Assembly (NCBI GenBank): GCA_040386295.1
Contig: JAZKFR010000038.1
Location: forward strand, 4,933 to 52,477
Direction: 5' to 3'
Length of the DNA: 47,545 bases
Source of the DNA: Pseudomonadota bacterium
GTDB lineage: Bacteria > Pseudomonadota > Gammaproteobacteria > Burkholderiales > Rhodocyclaceae
Shown: piece by piece, positions 17,025 to 26,899 of the stretch
Layout of the letters: the number at the start of each line of letters is the position of its first letter
Position numbering within the stretch: position 1 is the first letter of the stretch
The notes under the pieces: model-generated
What the model was told of the DNA's origin: nothing
What the model saw: only the letters and a program-made list of their open reading frames with translations
The model's database searches: none
Translations under genes and position numbers: made by a program

Positions 17025-18191
17025 GTGTCACCTTACTTAAAAAAATTGGCCGCTTTCTGCTCGTATTTTTGGCACGCTAAAAAGACTTGGTCTTGGCCGA
17101 AGAAAAGCGACATTCTTATTTTTGATGCTTGCGGAGAAGCGCTGCTGCGCGAATATCTAAGCGACTGGTCGATTGAGGTTTTGCCTGTTCGTGGCGAACG
17201 GATCAATGTGCCACTCATGCTCGCCAGTTTGTTTGTTTCCGGGCGCAGGTCAGAAGCTTATTTTGATCTCTACGTGCGCAAGGTTGCGCCCAAATTGATC
17301 ATCACGTTTATCGACAACACTCCCGCCTTTTATCGACTCACAGTGCGGCATCCTGGGGTGAAAACGATGTTCATACAGAACGGCTGGCGTAGTCGTTATG
17401 GCGACGTTTTCGAGTTATTGACAGAGCCCGCGCCAAGCCAGAAAAACGCACTGGCGGTTGACTACATGATGTGTTTCGGCTCTGCGATAGGCGCCCATTT
17501 CCAGCGTTACATCGCAGGCGAAGTTATGGCGATCGGCGCGCTACGCAACAACCGTCAGCCACAGCTCGCCAGCAAAGCGGCCGGGACAATCGCTTTTATT
17601 TCGCAATGGAGTCGACATGGCGTGCAGCTAGCGGGCAAAACTTATTCTCAGGATGCGTTTATGGGTACAGCAGATCGCTGCATTCTCGCTTTCCTGTCCA
17701 AGTACGCAGCCGAGCACAAAAAAAAGCTGTATATCATTCCGCGCACGCACGTCGGCAGCGTCGATCGCCGCGATGAGACAAGCTACTATTCGGCCTTACT
17801 CGGCAAAGCCTGTTCTTTCCTAGAATACGACACGCCAGGATCGTCCTATCAAGCGATCGACGTTGCCGAAGTCGTTGTCGGGGTTGATTCAACCCTGGTC
17901 TATGAAACCATCGCGCGTGGGAACAAGGCAGCGGTGTTCGCCATCAGAAGTGCATTGATGGGCGTCGAGGGCTTTGAATATGGTTGGCCGGCGCCGCTCG
18001 CGGCAGAGGGCGCGTTCTGGACTAACTCACCATCGCCTGAGCGATTTAGAGCGGTTTTAGATTATTTATTCTCGACCAGCGAAGCGCAGTGGCGCGCTGA
18101 ACTTAAGCGTGTTTCGTTTGAGCAACTCATGGTTTTTGATCCTGATAACACAATCCTAAAAACAACCCTAACTCAGGTGTTACGCAGCTGA
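17025..18191 (+). CDS. Orphan 388-aa protein, possible GT-B-like (NulO?) transferase
   Basis: The tracked ORF (from 16791) overlaps hisH-like by 200 nt and has no early ATG. The in-frame GTG at 17025, 10 nt after GGAG, is the likely start. The layout looks Rossmann-like (LIITFIDN, IAFISQW, LYIIPRTH, VVVGVDSTLVYE). Confidence 0.55.
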   Translation: MSPYLKKLAAFCSYFWHAKKTWSWPKKSDILIFDACGEALLREYLSDWSIEVLPVRGERINVPLMLASLFVSGRRSEAYFDLYVRKVAPKLIITFIDNTPAFYRLTVRHPGVKTMFIQNGWRSRYGDVFELLTEPAPSQKNALAVDYMMCFGSAIGAHFQRYIAGEVMAIGALRNNRQPQLASKAAGTIAFISQWSRHGVQLAGKTYSQDAFMGTADRCILAFLSKYAAEHKKKLYIIPRTHVGSVDRRDETSYYSALLGKACSFLEYDTPGSSYQAIDVAEVVVGVDSTLVYETIARGNKAAVFAIRSALMGVEGFEYGWPAPLAAEGAFWTNSPSPERFRAVLDYLFSTSEAQWRAELKRVSFEQLMVFDPDNTILKTTLTQVLRS

Positions 18192-18239
18192 ATCGTCAAT
18201 CTAAAAATCGAAAAATCAAAGTATCGAGGTAGGGAAAAA

Positions 18240-19235
18240 ATGAAGGTATTAGTCACTGGCGCGGATGGCTTCATCGGTTCGCACCTGACCGAGGCGCTGG
18301 TTGAAGCAGGTTACGCAACCAAAGCGTTCGTCTTGTACAACTCGTTTAACTCCTGGGGATGGCTAGATCATACGCGCCCGGAAATTAAGCAAAGCCTCGA
18401 GGTATTTGCCGGCGACGTGCGCGATCCGCATGGGGTGAAAGCCGCGATGAAAGGCTGCGATGTCGTGCTCCATCTGGCCTCGCTGATTGCGATTCCGTAC
18501 TCGTACCATTCGCCGGACACCTACGTTGAGACGAATATCAAGGGCACTTTGAACATCCTACAGGCGGCTCGTGAACTGGGCGTATCACGCGTGGTGCATA
18601 CCTCAACCAGCGAGGTCTATGGGAGTGCGCGCTTTGTCCCAATTACCGAAGAGCACCCCTTACAAGGACAATCGCCCTACTCGGCGAGCAAGATTGCCGC
18701 CGACCAACTGGCTTATTCGTTTTACGCTTCTTTTGGCCTGCCCGTAACCATAGCGCGTCCCTTCAATACCTATGGCCCACGGCAGTCGGCTCGCGCCGTG
18801 ATTCCTACGATCATTACGCAAATTGCCCAGGGCAAGAAGCAAATCAAATTAGGTGCTGTTTCCCCAACACGCGACTTCAACTATGTGCAGGACACGGTTG
18901 CCGGATTCCTGGCAGCGATGCGTTCGGACTTGGGATTGGGCGAGGTAGTGAACTTCGGTAGCAACTTTGAAATCTCGATTGGCGACACGGTTGAACTGAT
19001 CGCTGCAGTGATGGGCGAGCAGATCGAGGTGCTCACCGATGAAGCAAGACTGCGCCCGCAAACCTCGGAGGTAGAGCGCCTGTGGGCCGCAAACGAGAAG
19101 GCAGCTCGCTTATTCAACTGGCGGCCCGCTTATGGCGGACGTGATGGTTTTCGCCGAGGCTTAAGCGAAACGATTTCCTGGTTTCTGCGCCCAGAAAATC
19201 TGCGCACTTACAAAGCAGATACCTACAACATCTGA
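18240..19235 (+). CDS. legB: NAD-dependent NDP-HexNAc 4,6-dehydratase (extended SDR, LegB-like)
   Basis: VLVTGADGFIGSHL Rossmann motif, catalytic YSASK, and the YNSFNSWGWLD segment I associate with LegB-type enzymes. Confidence 0.7.
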   Translation: MKVLVTGADGFIGSHLTEALVEAGYATKAFVLYNSFNSWGWLDHTRPEIKQSLEVFAGDVRDPHGVKAAMKGCDVVLHLASLIAIPYSYHSPDTYVETNIKGTLNILQAARELGVSRVVHTSTSEVYGSARFVPITEEHPLQGQSPYSASKIAADQLAYSFYASFGLPVTIARPFNTYGPRQSARAVIPTIITQIAQGKKQIKLGAVSPTRDFNYVQDTVAGFLAAMRSDLGLGEVVNFGSNFEISIGDTVELIAAVMGEQIEVLTDEARLRPQTSEVERLWAANEKAARLFNWRPAYGGRDGFRRGLSETISWFLRPENLRTYKADTYNI

Positions 19236-19238
19236 GCC

Positions 19239-20411
19239 ATGAAAACCTCGACACCGCTTGCTGAAAAGGTAGTCAGCGCCCTGCGCTCTGCATTGGGTAG
19301 CGCACCGGCAGGACTACACGAGCCTCGCTTTCGTGGCAACGAGTGGGTTTACCTCAAAGAATGTCTCGACAGCACTTTTGTCTCTTCTGTCGGCCAGTAC
19401 GTCAATCGATTTGAAGCAGAATTGGCCGAGTACACGGGCGCGCGCCATGCAATTGCCGTGGTCAATGGGACGGCGGCGCTGCATATCGCTTTGTTGCTGG
19501 CCAAAGTTCAGGCTGGCGACGAGGTTCTGGTGCCCGCACTAAGCTTTGTTGCAACGGCAAATGCGGTTAGCTACTGTGGCGCGACCCCGCATTTTGTCGA
19601 CAGCGAAAGCAGTACGCTGGGCTTAGGCGCCGCTCGTCTGCGCGACTACCTAGCGGCGATCAGCGAACGCCAGAATGGGCACTGCGTTAACAAACGAACG
19701 GGACGCATCATTCGTGCCCTGGTGCCGATGCATACCTTTGGTCACCCTGCCGATCTGGATGCTTTATTAGCCGTCGCTTACGACTATCAGCTGACGTTGA
19801 TTGAGGATGCTGCCGAATCTTTGGGCAGCCGCTATCGCGGACGGCATACCGGCACCTTTGGCGAGAGTGGTGTCCTCAGCTTCAATGGCAACAAAACGAT
19901 CACGACCGGAGGCGGCGGCGCGCTTCTGACCAACAATTCTGAACTGGCGAAAAGCGCCAAACACATCACGACCACGGCAAAGCTAGCGCATCGCTGGGAA
20001 TACCGTCATGACGAAGTTGGCTACAACTACCGGATGCCTAATCTGAACGCCGCTTTAGGCTGTGCGCAACTTGAGCAGTTAGCGCATTTTTTGGCCAGCA
20101 AGCGCGCCCTGCATGCGACGTATACCCGTGCTTTTGCAGGGGTAGAAGAACTTGCTTTGGTTAACGAGCCGCAAGCAGCATGCAGCAATTATTGGCTCCA
20201 GGCTTTACTGCTCAAACCCGAGTTTGCCCCGTCACGCGATGCGATTCTGCAGGCAACGAACGATGCAGGATTCATGACTCGTCCTGTTTGGACACTGCTC
20301 TCTCAGCTACCCCAGTTTGCCGCTTGCCCCAGCATGGAACTGCCTGTCGCAATCGATTTGGCAGAGCGTTTAATTAACATCCCAAGCAGTGCCGACTTGG
20401 TCGCTGCATGA
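19239..20411 (+). CDS. legC: DegT/DnrJ/EryC1-family PLP aminotransferase (LegC-like)
   Basis: AVVNGTAALHIAL, EDAAESLGS and SFNGNKTITTGGGGAL (PLP lysine). Confidence 0.75.
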   Translation: MKTSTPLAEKVVSALRSALGSAPAGLHEPRFRGNEWVYLKECLDSTFVSSVGQYVNRFEAELAEYTGARHAIAVVNGTAALHIALLLAKVQAGDEVLVPALSFVATANAVSYCGATPHFVDSESSTLGLGAARLRDYLAAISERQNGHCVNKRTGRIIRALVPMHTFGHPADLDALLAVAYDYQLTLIEDAAESLGSRYRGRHTGTFGESGVLSFNGNKTITTGGGGALLTNNSELAKSAKHITTTAKLAHRWEYRHDEVGYNYRMPNLNAALGCAQLEQLAHFLASKRALHATYTRAFAGVEELALVNEPQAACSNYWLQALLLKPEFAPSRDAILQATNDAGFMTRPVWTLLSQLPQFAACPSMELPVAIDLAERLINIPSSADLVAA

Positions 20412-21007
20412 GCCAGCCTAATCTGATCCTGCTTGGCGCAGGCGGACACGCCCGAGCCTGCATTGACGTGATTGAACAACAAGGGCTGTATCGACTTGCC
20501 GGATTGATTGCGCCGCCGAGCGAAGTCGGCACTCTCCACTGCGGGCATCGGGTCATAGCCAGCGATAACGAACTCGCAGCCTTGAGCCAACGGTATCCCT
20601 ACGCGTTCATTGGCATCGGCCAGCTTCGTTCGCCTACGATAAGGATACGGATGTTCCACCAGTTGCTTGATTTGGGTTTTCAGCTGCCGACCCTCATCGC
20701 GCCAGATGCCTACGTTTCTCCGCACGCTTCAATCGGCTCGGGCAGCATCATCATGCACGGTGCGATTATCAATGCCGGTGCCAAGGTAGGGCGCAATTGC
20801 ATCATTAACAGCCGCGCACTCGTTGAACACGACGCTCAAATAGACGATCACTGCCATCTGTCGACAGGCGCCATCCTCAACGGCGGCGTCAGGCTCGGCG
20901 AAGGCAGCTTCGTCGGGAGCGCAAGCGTCGTTAAGGAGGGCGTCACGCTTCCCCCGGGCAGCCTACTCGGCATGGGGTCGATGATCAAAAATGCGCAGCA
21001 AGCATGA
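20408..21007 (+). CDS. NeuD/PglD-family N-acetyltransferase (LegH-equivalent)
   Basis: An N-terminal LILLGAGGHA Rossmann-like domain plus a C-terminal hexapeptide left-handed beta-helix (IGSGSIIMHGAIINAGAKVGRNCIINS...). Confidence 0.75.
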   Translation: MSQPNLILLGAGGHARACIDVIEQQGLYRLAGLIAPPSEVGTLHCGHRVIASDNELAALSQRYPYAFIGIGQLRSPTIRIRMFHQLLDLGFQLPTLIAPDAYVSPHASIGSGSIIMHGAIINAGAKVGRNCIINSRALVEHDAQIDDHCHLSTGAILNGGVRLGEGSFVGSASVVKEGVTLPPGSLLGMGSMIKNAQQA

Positions 21008-21043
21008 GCAATTGCCGATAAAGACAGAATTGAGAAAGATCAG

Positions 21044-22051
21044 ATGAAGCAGCAAACCATCCTCATCGCAGAGGCCGGCGTAAACCATAACGGCGACCTC
21101 AATATGGCCAAGCGCCTCATTGATGTCGCCGCTGACGCCGGCGCCGATTACGTTAAGTTTCAGACTTTCAGCGCCGAGCGCCAGGTGACCCGCTACGCGC
21201 AAAAAGCGAATTATCAGATCGCCACGACGGACAGCGCTGAGTCGCATTACGCGATGCTGAAGAAGCTTGAGCTTTCAGCCGAGATGCACCACGCGCTGCT
21301 CGCGCATTGCCAACAACGCGCGATCGGATTTCTGTCGACGGGCTTCGATATTGAGGCAGTCAAGTTTCTCCACTCGCTCGGTGTACGCCTGTTCAAAATC
21401 CCCTCCGGCGAAGTCACTAATCTCCCCTATTTGCGCTATGTCGGTAGCTTAGGCGGCGACATTATTTTATCCACGGGGATGTGTTCACTAGGCGAGGTGG
21501 AAGCGGCGCTGACGCTACTTGAACAAGCCGGTACGGCACGCACACGCGTCACCGTGCTGCACTGCACCACCGAGTACCCGGCGCCGATGCACGAAGTAAA
21601 TCTACGCGCCATGCACAACATCGGCCTGGCCTTCGGCGTCAGAACAGGCTATTCAGACCATACGCAGGGTATCGAAGTGGCGATTGCTGCGGTTGCGCTC
21701 GGCGCCTGCTTGATCGAGAAACACTTCACCCTTGATCGAAGCTTGCCCGGACCAGACCATCAAGCAAGCCTGGAACCGCATCAATTAAAAGAAATGGTTT
21801 TAGCCATACGCAACATCGAGCTTGCGCTGGGCGACGGCATCAAACGCCTTGCTTCTGCCGAGCGCGACAACCTTGCCGTCGCAAGAAAATCAATCGTTGC
21901 CGCGCGCGCAATTCGCCAAGGCGAAGCCTTCTCGTGCGAAAACCTGTGCACCAAACGACCCGGCAACGGAATCTCACCGATGTGCTGGGACGAATTACTC
22001 GGCGAACTCGCGAGCCGCGACTTCGCGCCCGACGAGCTGATCGAACGCTGA
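21044..22051 (+). CDS. legI: Nonulosonic acid synthase (NeuB family), copy 2 (LegI-like)
   Basis: IAEAGVNHNGD, KFQTF, KIPSGE, STGM, VLHCTTEYPAP, GYSDHT and EKHFT, plus a SAF domain. It is clearly divergent from copy 1. Confidence 0.8.
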   Translation: MKQQTILIAEAGVNHNGDLNMAKRLIDVAADAGADYVKFQTFSAERQVTRYAQKANYQIATTDSAESHYAMLKKLELSAEMHHALLAHCQQRAIGFLSTGFDIEAVKFLHSLGVRLFKIPSGEVTNLPYLRYVGSLGGDIILSTGMCSLGEVEAALTLLEQAGTARTRVTVLHCTTEYPAPMHEVNLRAMHNIGLAFGVRTGYSDHTQGIEVAIAAVALGACLIEKHFTLDRSLPGPDHQASLEPHQLKEMVLAIRNIELALGDGIKRLASAERDNLAVARKSIVAARAIRQGEAFSCENLCTKRPGNGISPMCWDELLGELASRDFAPDELIER

Positions 22052-22089
22052 GGCGCGCGCTATGAATTGGCCAATATGAGTCGACAAAG

Positions 22090-23268
22090 ATGAATCGGAA
22101 AATCTGCTTTATCACCGGGACACGCGCCGAATACGGGCTGTTGCGTGGCGTCATGCAAGCCACACTGAACGAAGCCTCGTTCACGCTTCAACTGATTGCC
22201 ACGGGCAGCCATTTGTCCCCCGAGTTCGGCCTTACGTATCGTGAAATTGAAGACGATGGCTTTGCCATAGACCGCAAGCTGGAACTCCTGCTCAGCTCTG
22301 ATAGCGCACAAGGCACCGCCAAATCGATGGGTCTGGGCATGATTGCGTTCGCTGATGCGTTCGCTTCATTGAAGCCCGATTTACTCGTTGTCTTGGGCGA
22401 TCGCTTCGAGATTTTCGCGGCAGTCGCTGCCGCACTGGTGGCAAAAATTCCTGTTGCGCACCTGCATGGCGGCGAAGTGACTGAAGGCGCTTTCGACGAC
22501 GCGTTGCGACACGCCATCACCAAAATGTCGCACCTGCATTTCGTCGCGGCGGAAGACTATCGAAGACGCGTCATCCAGCTGGGCGAAGACCCGCAGCGGG
22601 TTTTTAATGTGGGCGGCTTGGGCGTGGACGCCATTGCGCATACGCAATTGCTATCGCGTAGCGAACTCGAGGCATCTTTAGATTTCCGCTTACGTGAGCA
22701 AAATTTACTGGTGACCTTTCATCCGCCAACGCTGGACGAAACCGACGCCACGCAGCAAATGGACGCCATGCTGACAGCACTGGCAGAGTTGCCGGAGCTT
22801 GGCTTAATCATCACGCTACCGAACGCGGATGTCGGGGGACGCGCGCTGATCAAATTGATCCACGATTTCGCCGCCGAGCACGCGAATACCGTTGTATTCC
22901 CCTCGCTCGGCCGGGTGCGTTACCTGTCTTGCCTGGCGCAAGTCGACGGCGTACTGGGTAATTCGTCCAGCGGCTTGTTGGAAGCACCGACCTACCGCAA
23001 AGGCACGATCAACATCGGTAATCGCCAACAGGGACGGCTGAAAGCAGAGAGCGTGATTGACTGTGCAGCGGACGTTCAAGCCATTAGCCAGGCGATCCAG
23101 CGCCTTTTCTCCGCAGAGTTCCAGTCCACTCTGCTTAAGGTAGTCAGCCCTTATGGCGAAGCGGGGGCAAGCTATAAAATTATCGATCAATTACGCCAAC
23201 TCGACTTCCGTGCTTTGACTAAAAAAAGCTTTTACAACCTCACTGATTCTGCGGCGGGGATAAAGTGA
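22090..23268 (+). CDS. legG: Hydrolysing NDP-HexNAc 2-epimerase (NeuC family), copy 2 (LegG-like)
   Basis: FITGTRAEYGLL, LGDRFE, HLHGGEVTEGAFDD, RHAITKMSHLHF and GNSSSGLLEAP. Confidence 0.8.
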   Translation: MNRKICFITGTRAEYGLLRGVMQATLNEASFTLQLIATGSHLSPEFGLTYREIEDDGFAIDRKLELLLSSDSAQGTAKSMGLGMIAFADAFASLKPDLLVVLGDRFEIFAAVAAALVAKIPVAHLHGGEVTEGAFDDALRHAITKMSHLHFVAAEDYRRRVIQLGEDPQRVFNVGGLGVDAIAHTQLLSRSELEASLDFRLREQNLLVTFHPPTLDETDATQQMDAMLTALAELPELGLIITLPNADVGGRALIKLIHDFAAEHANTVVFPSLGRVRYLSCLAQVDGVLGNSSSGLLEAPTYRKGTINIGNRQQGRLKAESVIDCAADVQAISQAIQRLFSAEFQSTLLKVVSPYGEAGASYKIIDQLRQLDFRALTKKSFYNLTDSAAGIK

Positions 23269-23284
23269 TCCGAGGTGATTCTAG

Positions 23285-24343
23285 GTGGTTCGAGGTGATC
23301 AATTGAAAGATGAGTCCTGGCGGCGCGCCATTCTTCCCTTGCAGGCAACGCTGCAAGACGCGATTCGTAATTTGACTGAGGTCGCGATCAAAATCGTCCT
23401 CATCACGGACACGGCGGAGCGCTTCATCGGTACGATTTCCGACGGCGATATTCGTCGCGGACTCCTGCGCGGCTTGACGCTGAGCAGTCCGATCAGCGAA
23501 GTAATCCATCGTAATGCCTTGGTTTTGCCACCGGCTGTCGCGCACGATTTGGTCATGCGCCTGATGGCTGTCAATAAAATTCAACAGATCCCGATTGTCG
23601 ATGAAACGAACCGGCTCGTCGGTTTGCATCTTTGGGATCAAATGGCCGCACCGCAAGGGCGGGCAAACCTGATGGTGATCATGGCCGGCGGCAAGGGAAC
23701 ACGCTTACATCCGCATACCGAAGCTTGTCCGAAGCCGATGTTGCAGGTGTCTGGCAAGCCCATGCTTGAACACATCATTCAACGGGCAAAACTCGAGGGC
23801 TTCAGCAATTTTGTTCTCGCCATTCACTACCTCGGCCACATGGTCGAAGCGCATTTCGGCGACGGCAGCAACTGGGGTGTGCGTATCGATTACCTGCGTG
23901 AGCAATCGCCTTTGGGCACGGCGGGCGCACTGAGCCTGCTCGACCCGGTGCCCGAGCTGCCCTTCGTCGTAACCAACGGCGATGTGTTGACCGATATACG
24001 CTACGGCGAACTACTCGATTTTCACTCTATGCACAACGCTTCGGCGACCATGGCTGTGTGCGTGCACGAATGGCAGCATCCTTTCGGCGTGGTACACATC
24101 GACGGCGTCAACATCGTTGGCTTTGACGAAAAGCCGATTGCACGTAGCCACATCAATGCGGGCGTTTACGTACTCAACGGCAAGGCACTCACGCTGCTCG
24201 AGTCAGCTCAGCCTTGCGATATGCCGGCCTTATTTCAGCGTTTGCAGACGCAAGGCAAGCGCACCGTCGCTTATCCCATGCACGAGCCTTGGCTAGATGT
24301 TGGTCGCCCCGAAGATTTGCGACGGGCGCGCAATGGAGAGTAG
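23285..24343 (+). CDS. ptmE: CBS-domain sugar-1-phosphate nucleotidyltransferase (PtmE-like)
   Basis: An N-terminal CBS pair (ISDGDIRRG, IPIVDE) is followed by the NTP-transferase motif IMAGGKGTRL...KPML. The GTG start lies 5 nt after GAGGTGAT. Confidence 0.7.
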   Translation: MVRGDQLKDESWRRAILPLQATLQDAIRNLTEVAIKIVLITDTAERFIGTISDGDIRRGLLRGLTLSSPISEVIHRNALVLPPAVAHDLVMRLMAVNKIQQIPIVDETNRLVGLHLWDQMAAPQGRANLMVIMAGGKGTRLHPHTEACPKPMLQVSGKPMLEHIIQRAKLEGFSNFVLAIHYLGHMVEAHFGDGSNWGVRIDYLREQSPLGTAGALSLLDPVPELPFVVTNGDVLTDIRYGELLDFHSMHNASATMAVCVHEWQHPFGVVHIDGVNIVGFDEKPIARSHINAGVYVLNGKALTLLESAQPCDMPALFQRLQTQGKRTVAYPMHEPWLDVGRPEDLRRARNGE

Positions 24344-25385
24344 GCATCAGCGTTCGCCGATTGAGCGTGTTCTGATCGTCGGGCTGGGCAGCATTGGTCG
24401 ACGTCATCTCGCGCTGGCGCGGGAACTGCTGCCGCAAGCGGACATCAGAGTGCTGCGCCGCACCAAGCACGCAGAGCTTGCACCGGGGGCGAATGCGCTT
24501 TTCTCTGCCTTGCCAGATGCCGTCGCCTTTGCACCGCAGCTCAGCATTATTGCCAACCCGGCGCCATTCCATCTGCCCGTAGCGATGGCATTAGCTGAAG
24601 CAGGTTCGCACCTACTGCTGGAAAAACCTATTGCGCACTCGAGTCGCGGCGTGGCTGAGCTGATCGCACTGAGCGCGCGACGCAAGGTGCGTCTGCACAT
24701 TGCCTACAATCTCCGCTTCTTGGCGAGTTTGCAGCGTTTTCGCGAATGCGTTCACAGTGGCCAAATTGGTCATGTGCACACCATACGCTGCGAGGTCGGG
24801 CAATACCTGCCAAGCTGGCGGCCAGAACAAGACTATCGCGCTACGGTGTCGGCGCAAGCTGCACTAGGCGGAGGGGTCTTGCTTGAATTGAGTCACGAGA
24901 TTGATTATCTGCGCTGGATTTTTGGCGAGCTTGAATGGGTGCATGGCAACTTGCTGCGGCAGGGCGCATTGGAAATTGATGTCGAAGACAGCGCGCACTT
25001 GCTCTTAGGCTTTGTTCCGCGCGCAGGGGAGCAGCAGGCGGTAGCCAATGTCAGCCTCGATTTCATCCGTCGTGACACGACTCGCTATTGCCTTGCTCTG
25101 GGCTCAGAAGGCAGTCTGCGTTGGGACGGCATTTCTGGCCAGCTGATGCACTACACGCCAGAGCAGGCGGAATGGCGCGAACTATTTGCCCACACGCCGA
25201 AGCGGGACGATACCTACAGGATGCAGCTCGAGAACATGCTCGACGGCATTGCTAGCGGCGTAGCGCCAGCGGTCACCGGCAGCGATGCTTTGGCCGTGAT
25301 GCAGATCATTGAAGCGATTCGCCTCTCGGCACAAGAAGGGGGCAGACGAATGTCAGTCTATGCGCAGAACAGGCAGGTGCCGTGA
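24333..25385 (+). CDS. ptmF: Gfo/Idh/MocA-family oxidoreductase-fold protein (PtmF-like)
   Basis: VLIVGLGSIGRRHL Rossmann N-terminus and an EKP motif (LLEKPIA). I prefer the start at ATG 24333, an 11-nt overlap with the upstream gene. Confidence 0.65.
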   Translation: MESRHQRSPIERVLIVGLGSIGRRHLALARELLPQADIRVLRRTKHAELAPGANALFSALPDAVAFAPQLSIIANPAPFHLPVAMALAEAGSHLLLEKPIAHSSRGVAELIALSARRKVRLHIAYNLRFLASLQRFRECVHSGQIGHVHTIRCEVGQYLPSWRPEQDYRATVSAQAALGGGVLLELSHEIDYLRWIFGELEWVHGNLLRQGALEIDVEDSAHLLLGFVPRAGEQQAVANVSLDFIRRDTTRYCLALGSEGSLRWDGISGQLMHYTPEQAEWRELFAHTPKRDDTYRMQLENMLDGIASGVAPAVTGSDALAVMQIIEAIRLSAQEGGRRMSVYAQNRQVP

Positions 25386-26083
25386 TGGGCTACAGCGCGT
25401 TTATTTTCGCGCGGGGCGGCTCGAAAGGACTGCCCGGTAAGAATCTCAGACCACTAGCGGGTAAACCGCTGATCGCTTGGTCAATCGAACAGGCGCTAGC
25501 CGTGACGCGCATTGAACGGGTGATCGTCTCAACGGACTCGCCCGAGATCGCCTCGGTAGCACTTGATTATGGCGCGCAAGTACCTTTTTTACGGCCAGCA
25601 GAACTGGCGCGTGACGACAGCGCCGAATGGCTGGCTTGGCGTCACGCCCTGGGTTATTTGCAAGCGCATGAACTGAAGATGCCGACGGCGCTGCTTTCTC
25701 TTCCCGCAACAGCCCCCTTGCGCGCAAGCTGCGACATAGAGAAGTGCTTGGACGAGTATGAAACAGGCGCCTTCGATATTGTCGTCACGATCACTGAAGC
25801 GAGTCGAAGTCCTTACTTCAACATGGTCAAATTCAACACAGATCAGTCGGTCAGCCTCGTCATTCCCCCCGCCAATGGCATCACGCGCAGACAAGATGCG
25901 CCGCCCGTATTTGACATGACGACGGTGGCCTACGTAGCGAATTCTGCTTTTGTGATGGCGCAGACTGGCACGTTTGCCGGACGCGTTGGCGCCGTAAGGG
26001 TTCCGCGCGAAAGGGCACTGGATATCGATACCCTGCTCGATTTTAGGTTTGCCGAGTTTCTGCTACAAAACGGAGGAAAGTAG
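25382..26083 (+). CDS. legF: CMP-nonulosonic acid synthetase, copy 2 (LegF-like)
   Basis: FIFARGGSKGLPGKNL and a CTP_transf_3 layout; 233 aa. The start is GTGATG, overlapping the upstream stop. Confidence 0.8.
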   Translation: MMGYSAFIFARGGSKGLPGKNLRPLAGKPLIAWSIEQALAVTRIERVIVSTDSPEIASVALDYGAQVPFLRPAELARDDSAEWLAWRHALGYLQAHELKMPTALLSLPATAPLRASCDIEKCLDEYETGAFDIVVTITEASRSPYFNMVKFNTDQSVSLVIPPANGITRRQDAPPVFDMTTVAYVANSAFVMAQTGTFAGRVGAVRVPRERALDIDTLLDFRFAEFLLQNGGK

Positions 26084-26084
26084 T

Positions 26085-26888
26085 GTGGCAACACTCAAAG
26101 AGAAACTAGACCTATCGGGACGCCTGGCTTTGGTCACGGGCGCCACCGGCAATATCGGCAAGCTCATGGCGCTGACGCTAGCCGAGATGGGCGCTGACTT
26201 ACTTTTGCTCGACCGGCCTAATGCGCCGTTTGCACCCTTGCAAGAAGAAATAGCGGCGCTTGCCTCTGTGCGCGTTGATTGCCTGCCCTGCGATCTTGAG
26301 TCTGGCGAACAACGGCAAGCGCTGATCGCAACGCTCGTGGAGTCCAAGCGGGCGCTGCATGTGCTGGTCAACAACGCAGCCTTTGTTGGCAGCTCAGACC
26401 TCGAGGGCTGGGCAGTTCCGTTTGCCGAACAGCGGATCGATACGTGGCGGCGCGCGTTTGAAGTTAACCTCACCGCCGTCTTTGAGCTATGCCAAGGACT
26501 ACTGCCGCTGATGCAAGCCTCGACCGGCGCTAGCATCGTCAATATCGGATCGATTTACGGAATCTGCGGGCCTGATTGGTCGCTCTACGCAGGCACCAGC
26601 ATGGCGAATCCCGCTGCCTATGCTGCTTCAAAAGGCGGGCTGATCCAGCTGACGCGCTGGTTGGCGACAACGCTAGCACCCGGCGTTAGGGTCAATGCAA
26701 TTTCCCCCGGCGGGGTCTGGCGCAACCAGCCTGAATCCTTTGTCGACAAATATCAATCGCGTACCCCGCTTGGCCGGATGGCGAGCGAAGACGATTTCGC
26801 CGGAGCGCTCGCCTACTTGGCTTCGGACTTATCTGCCTACGTCACGGGGCAAAACCTGGTCGTCGATGGCGGCTGGAGCGCTTGGTAG
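26085..26888 (+). CDS. ptmA: Classical short-chain dehydrogenase/reductase-fold protein (PtmA-like)
   Basis: [15 protein letters not shown] and YAASK motifs. The GTG start at 26085 lies 8 nt after GGAGGA. Confidence 0.7.
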   Translation: MATLKEKLDLSGRLALVTGATGNIGKLMALTLAEMGADLLLLDRPNAPFAPLQEEIAALASVRVDCLPCDLESGEQRQALIATLVESKRALHVLVNNAAFVGSSDLEGWAVPFAEQRIDTWRRAFEVNLTAVFELCQGLLPLMQASTGASIVNIGSIYGICGPDWSLYAGTSMANPAAYAASKGGLIQLTRWLATTLAPGVRVNAISPGGVWRNQPESFVDKYQSRTPLGRMASEDDFAGALAYLASDLSAYVTGQNLVVDGGWSAW

Positions 26889-26899
26889 GGAACAAATCT

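Noticed and set aside
23271-23300. Direct repeat CGAGGTGAT twice between legG and the CBS nucleotidyltransferase
   Set aside because: Both copies are extended Shine-Dalgarno-like sequences complementary to the 16S 3' end. The first is correctly spaced for the GTG start at 23285. The second falls inside the ORF with no in-frame start after it. This is most simply an RBS plus a chance or duplicated copy.
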